In this document: piece by piece, positions 62,428 through 64,000 of the stretch
Numbering within the stretch: the first letter of the stretch is position 1
How the letters are laid out: each line of letters starts with the position of its first letter
Virus record (IMG/VR): IMGVR_UViG_2872728642_000001
Location: 16,810-80,809 of that record
Length of the DNA stretch: 64,000 nucleotides
Strand: one strand, 5' to 3'
Origin: a virus
Taxonomy: Duplodnaviria; Caudoviricetes
The notes under the pieces: model-generated
The model's input: the letters and a program-made list of their open reading frames with translations, nothing else
Databases searched by the model: none
What the model was told of the DNA's origin: nothing
Position numbers and translations under genes: made by a program

Positions 62428-62943
62428 ATGTTCCGTGTTCGTCGGCAGTTCGCCGCGCTCGCGCTGACCACCGCCGCCCTCGGCGCCACGGCCGCCCTGG
62501 CGGCGCCCGCACACGCGGCCGGGGCCACGGCCCGGGTCGTCGGCGGGATCGTGATCATCCAGGGCACGACCGGCAACGACAGCATCGACGTCGTCCAGTC
62601 GGGCAACAGCGTGCGGATCAGCTCGGTCCTGCACTCGGTCACCTCCGGCGGCGCCCCCTGCGTCCAGCTGGGGGCCGTCGTGTCGTGCCCGGCCACGCAG
62701 CTGTCGGTGCAGGCCAGGATGGGCTCGGGCGACGACGTCGTGCGCGTCACCTCCTCCACCATCGACACGACCCTGATCGGCAACGCCGGGACCGACAGGC
62801 TCTCCGGCGGGTCCGACAGGGACTTCCTCGACGGCGGCCCCGGCAACGACTTCCTGTCCGGCAACGCCGGCGTGGACAGCGCCCAGGGCGGCGACGGGGT
62901 CGACTCGTGCACGGCCGAGACCGAGGTCAACTGCGAGAGCTGA
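62428..62943 (+). CDS. Secreted Ca-binding protein with hemolysin-type (RTX) nonapeptide repeats
   Basis: Signal peptide; [42 protein letters not shown]. Confidence 0.85.
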   Translation: MFRVRRQFAALALTTAALGATAALAAPAHAAGATARVVGGIVIIQGTTGNDSIDVVQSGNSVRISSVLHSVTSGGAPCVQLGAVVSCPATQLSVQARMGSGDDVVRVTSSTIDTTLIGNAGTDRLSGGSDRDFLDGGPGNDFLSGNAGVDSAQGGDGVDSCTAETEVNCES

Positions 62944-62946
62944 TCG

Positions 62947-62984
62947 GCGGCCCTCCCGTCCCTCCCCCGGGACGGGAGGGCCGC
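62947..62984 (+). terminator. Stem-loop after the RTX-repeat gene
   Basis: 16-bp IR GCGGCCCTCCCGTCCC/GGGACGGGAGGGCCGC. Confidence 0.7.
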
Positions 62985-63046
62985 TTCGCGCGCCCGCCGC
63001 TAGGGTGTGCTGATCACGCAACCGACCCGAGCCGAACGGACGCCGC

Positions 63047-64000
63047 ATGACGATCTCCCCGCTTCCGGTCACCCGCAGAGGCCTGCTCAAGCTCGGCGCC
63101 GCGGTCACCGCCACCACCGCGCTGACCCCCGCCCGGGCCGCCTCCGCCGCGGACGGCCGCTTCGAGCTGACCGCCCCTTCCACGTCGCTGATCTGGCGCA
63201 AGGCCCTGTACGACGAGACGGTCATGCAGTCGTTCGCCATCGACAACGCCCACGGCCACATCTACACCGTCCAGGTCAAGAACGGCGCGGGCTCGGACGC
63301 GGCCGGCCACCTGTGCCTGACGAAGCTGAGCCTGTCGGGCACGATCCTCGGCCACATGTACCTCATGGGCTTCGGCCACGGCGTGCAGATCGGCGTGGAG
63401 CCGTCCGGGTCGGCCGCCCACCTGTGGACGGAGACCGACGGAGTCTCCAGCGACGGCAGCTCCCGTGGCAGCAGGCTGTGCCGCTTCACCTTCGTCAACG
63501 GGCGGACGCTGACCACCTCGTCCTCCGCGCTCACCAAGTACGCGCCGGTCGCGGGCGCCACCAACACCACGTGCACGATCGACCCGTCCACCGGCCGCCT
63601 GGTGATGCGGTACTGGGCCGGAGGCTCGTTCCGGTTCGCGGTGTTCACGCTGGCGTCGGTCAAGGCGGGCTCGCCCCAGAAGCTGTACGACATCGCCCAG
63701 CCGGGCGGCCTGGGCACCTTCCAGGGGTACGCGGCCTACGGGAACTTCGTCTACGTCCTGACCGGCAACTCCTACGACATCAGCCCGCCTCCCGGCAACA
63801 CCTACCTCACCTGCCTGGACCTGCGCACCGGGAACCAGGTGCAGCGGGCCAGGAGCGTGGCCGGCAAGTCGCTGAACTACCGGGAGCCGGAGGGCATGGG
63901 CATCCAGATCGTCTCAGGGGCGCCGCGGCTGTGCCTCGGCCTGGCCTCCGAGCCGGGGCCGCGGCTGGCGAGCATCTTCTACAAGACCGAGCTGATCTGA
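63047..64000 (+). CDS. Tat-exported beta-propeller protein (TagC / phage RBP-like family)
   Basis: Tat signal 'TRRGLL'; 'VMQSFAID', 'GFGHGVQIGVE', 'TFQGYA', 'YREPEGM'. Confidence 0.75.
   Translation: MTISPLPVTRRGLLKLGAAVTATTALTPARAASAADGRFELTAPSTSLIWRKALYDETVMQSFAIDNAHGHIYTVQVKNGAGSDAAGHLCLTKLSLSGTILGHMYLMGFGHGVQIGVEPSGSAAHLWTETDGVSSDGSSRGSRLCRFTFVNGRTLTTSSSALTKYAPVAGATNTTCTIDPSTGRLVMRYWAGGSFRFAVFTLASVKAGSPQKLYDIAQPGGLGTFQGYAAYGNFVYVLTGNSYDISPPPGNTYLTCLDLRTGNQVQRARSVAGKSLNYREPEGMGIQIVSGAPRLCLGLASEPGPRLASIFYKTELI

Noticed and set aside
1-64000. IS elements, transposases, rRNA, tRNA genes, lysis and tail genes
   Set aside because: No DDE/HUH transposase or terminal IR/TSD pairs, no RNA-gene patterns; tail and lysis modules presumably lie left of the window

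Overview
A high-GC actinomycete chromosome segment. About 61.4 kb (1 to ~61410) is one temperate-phage (prophage) arm, transcribed almost entirely on the minus strand; the tail and lysis genes lie outside the window to the left. From the right, the arm begins with a tyrosine integrase (60080-61354) and a candidate att core (~61391-61409). Next comes a 21-kb accessory arm containing a wHTH replication initiator, a PP2C phosphatase, an ArdC-like protein, a DUF3560-methyltransferase, two PP-loop (PAPS-reductase-like) ATPases, a C5 DNA methyltransferase, a TGT/DpdA-like transglycosylase, HU, a 3'-5' exonuclease and a double GntR. An immunity region follows (repressor plus an XRE/HExxH-peptidase/MAB_1171c-type membrane triad), then recombination and replication genes (PD-(D/E)xK nuclease, Gp3-like protein, RuvC, WhiB, LAGLIDADG endonuclease, SLOG, a J-domain protein, and a second initiator with iterons). 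Further left are a collagen-like surface protein, a second Xer-like tyrosine recombinase with a dif-like site, secreted nuclease and I36 inhibitor morons, a ParB / ABC-ATPase-GNAT / ASCH module, and the head genes (terS, terL, an inserted fibre-like module, portal, minor capsid, scaffold, P22-type coat). A 21-bp operator-like motif recurs 10-11 times across the whole prophage. Three host genes follow the att site. The most notable candidate systems are two putative DNA base-modification modules (TGT-like + PP-loop + MTase; ParB + ABC-GNAT + ASCH) and a dual-replicon plus dimer-resolution set-up that suggests a phage able to live both integrated and as a plasmid. All family calls come from motif recognition by eye; no database search was run.
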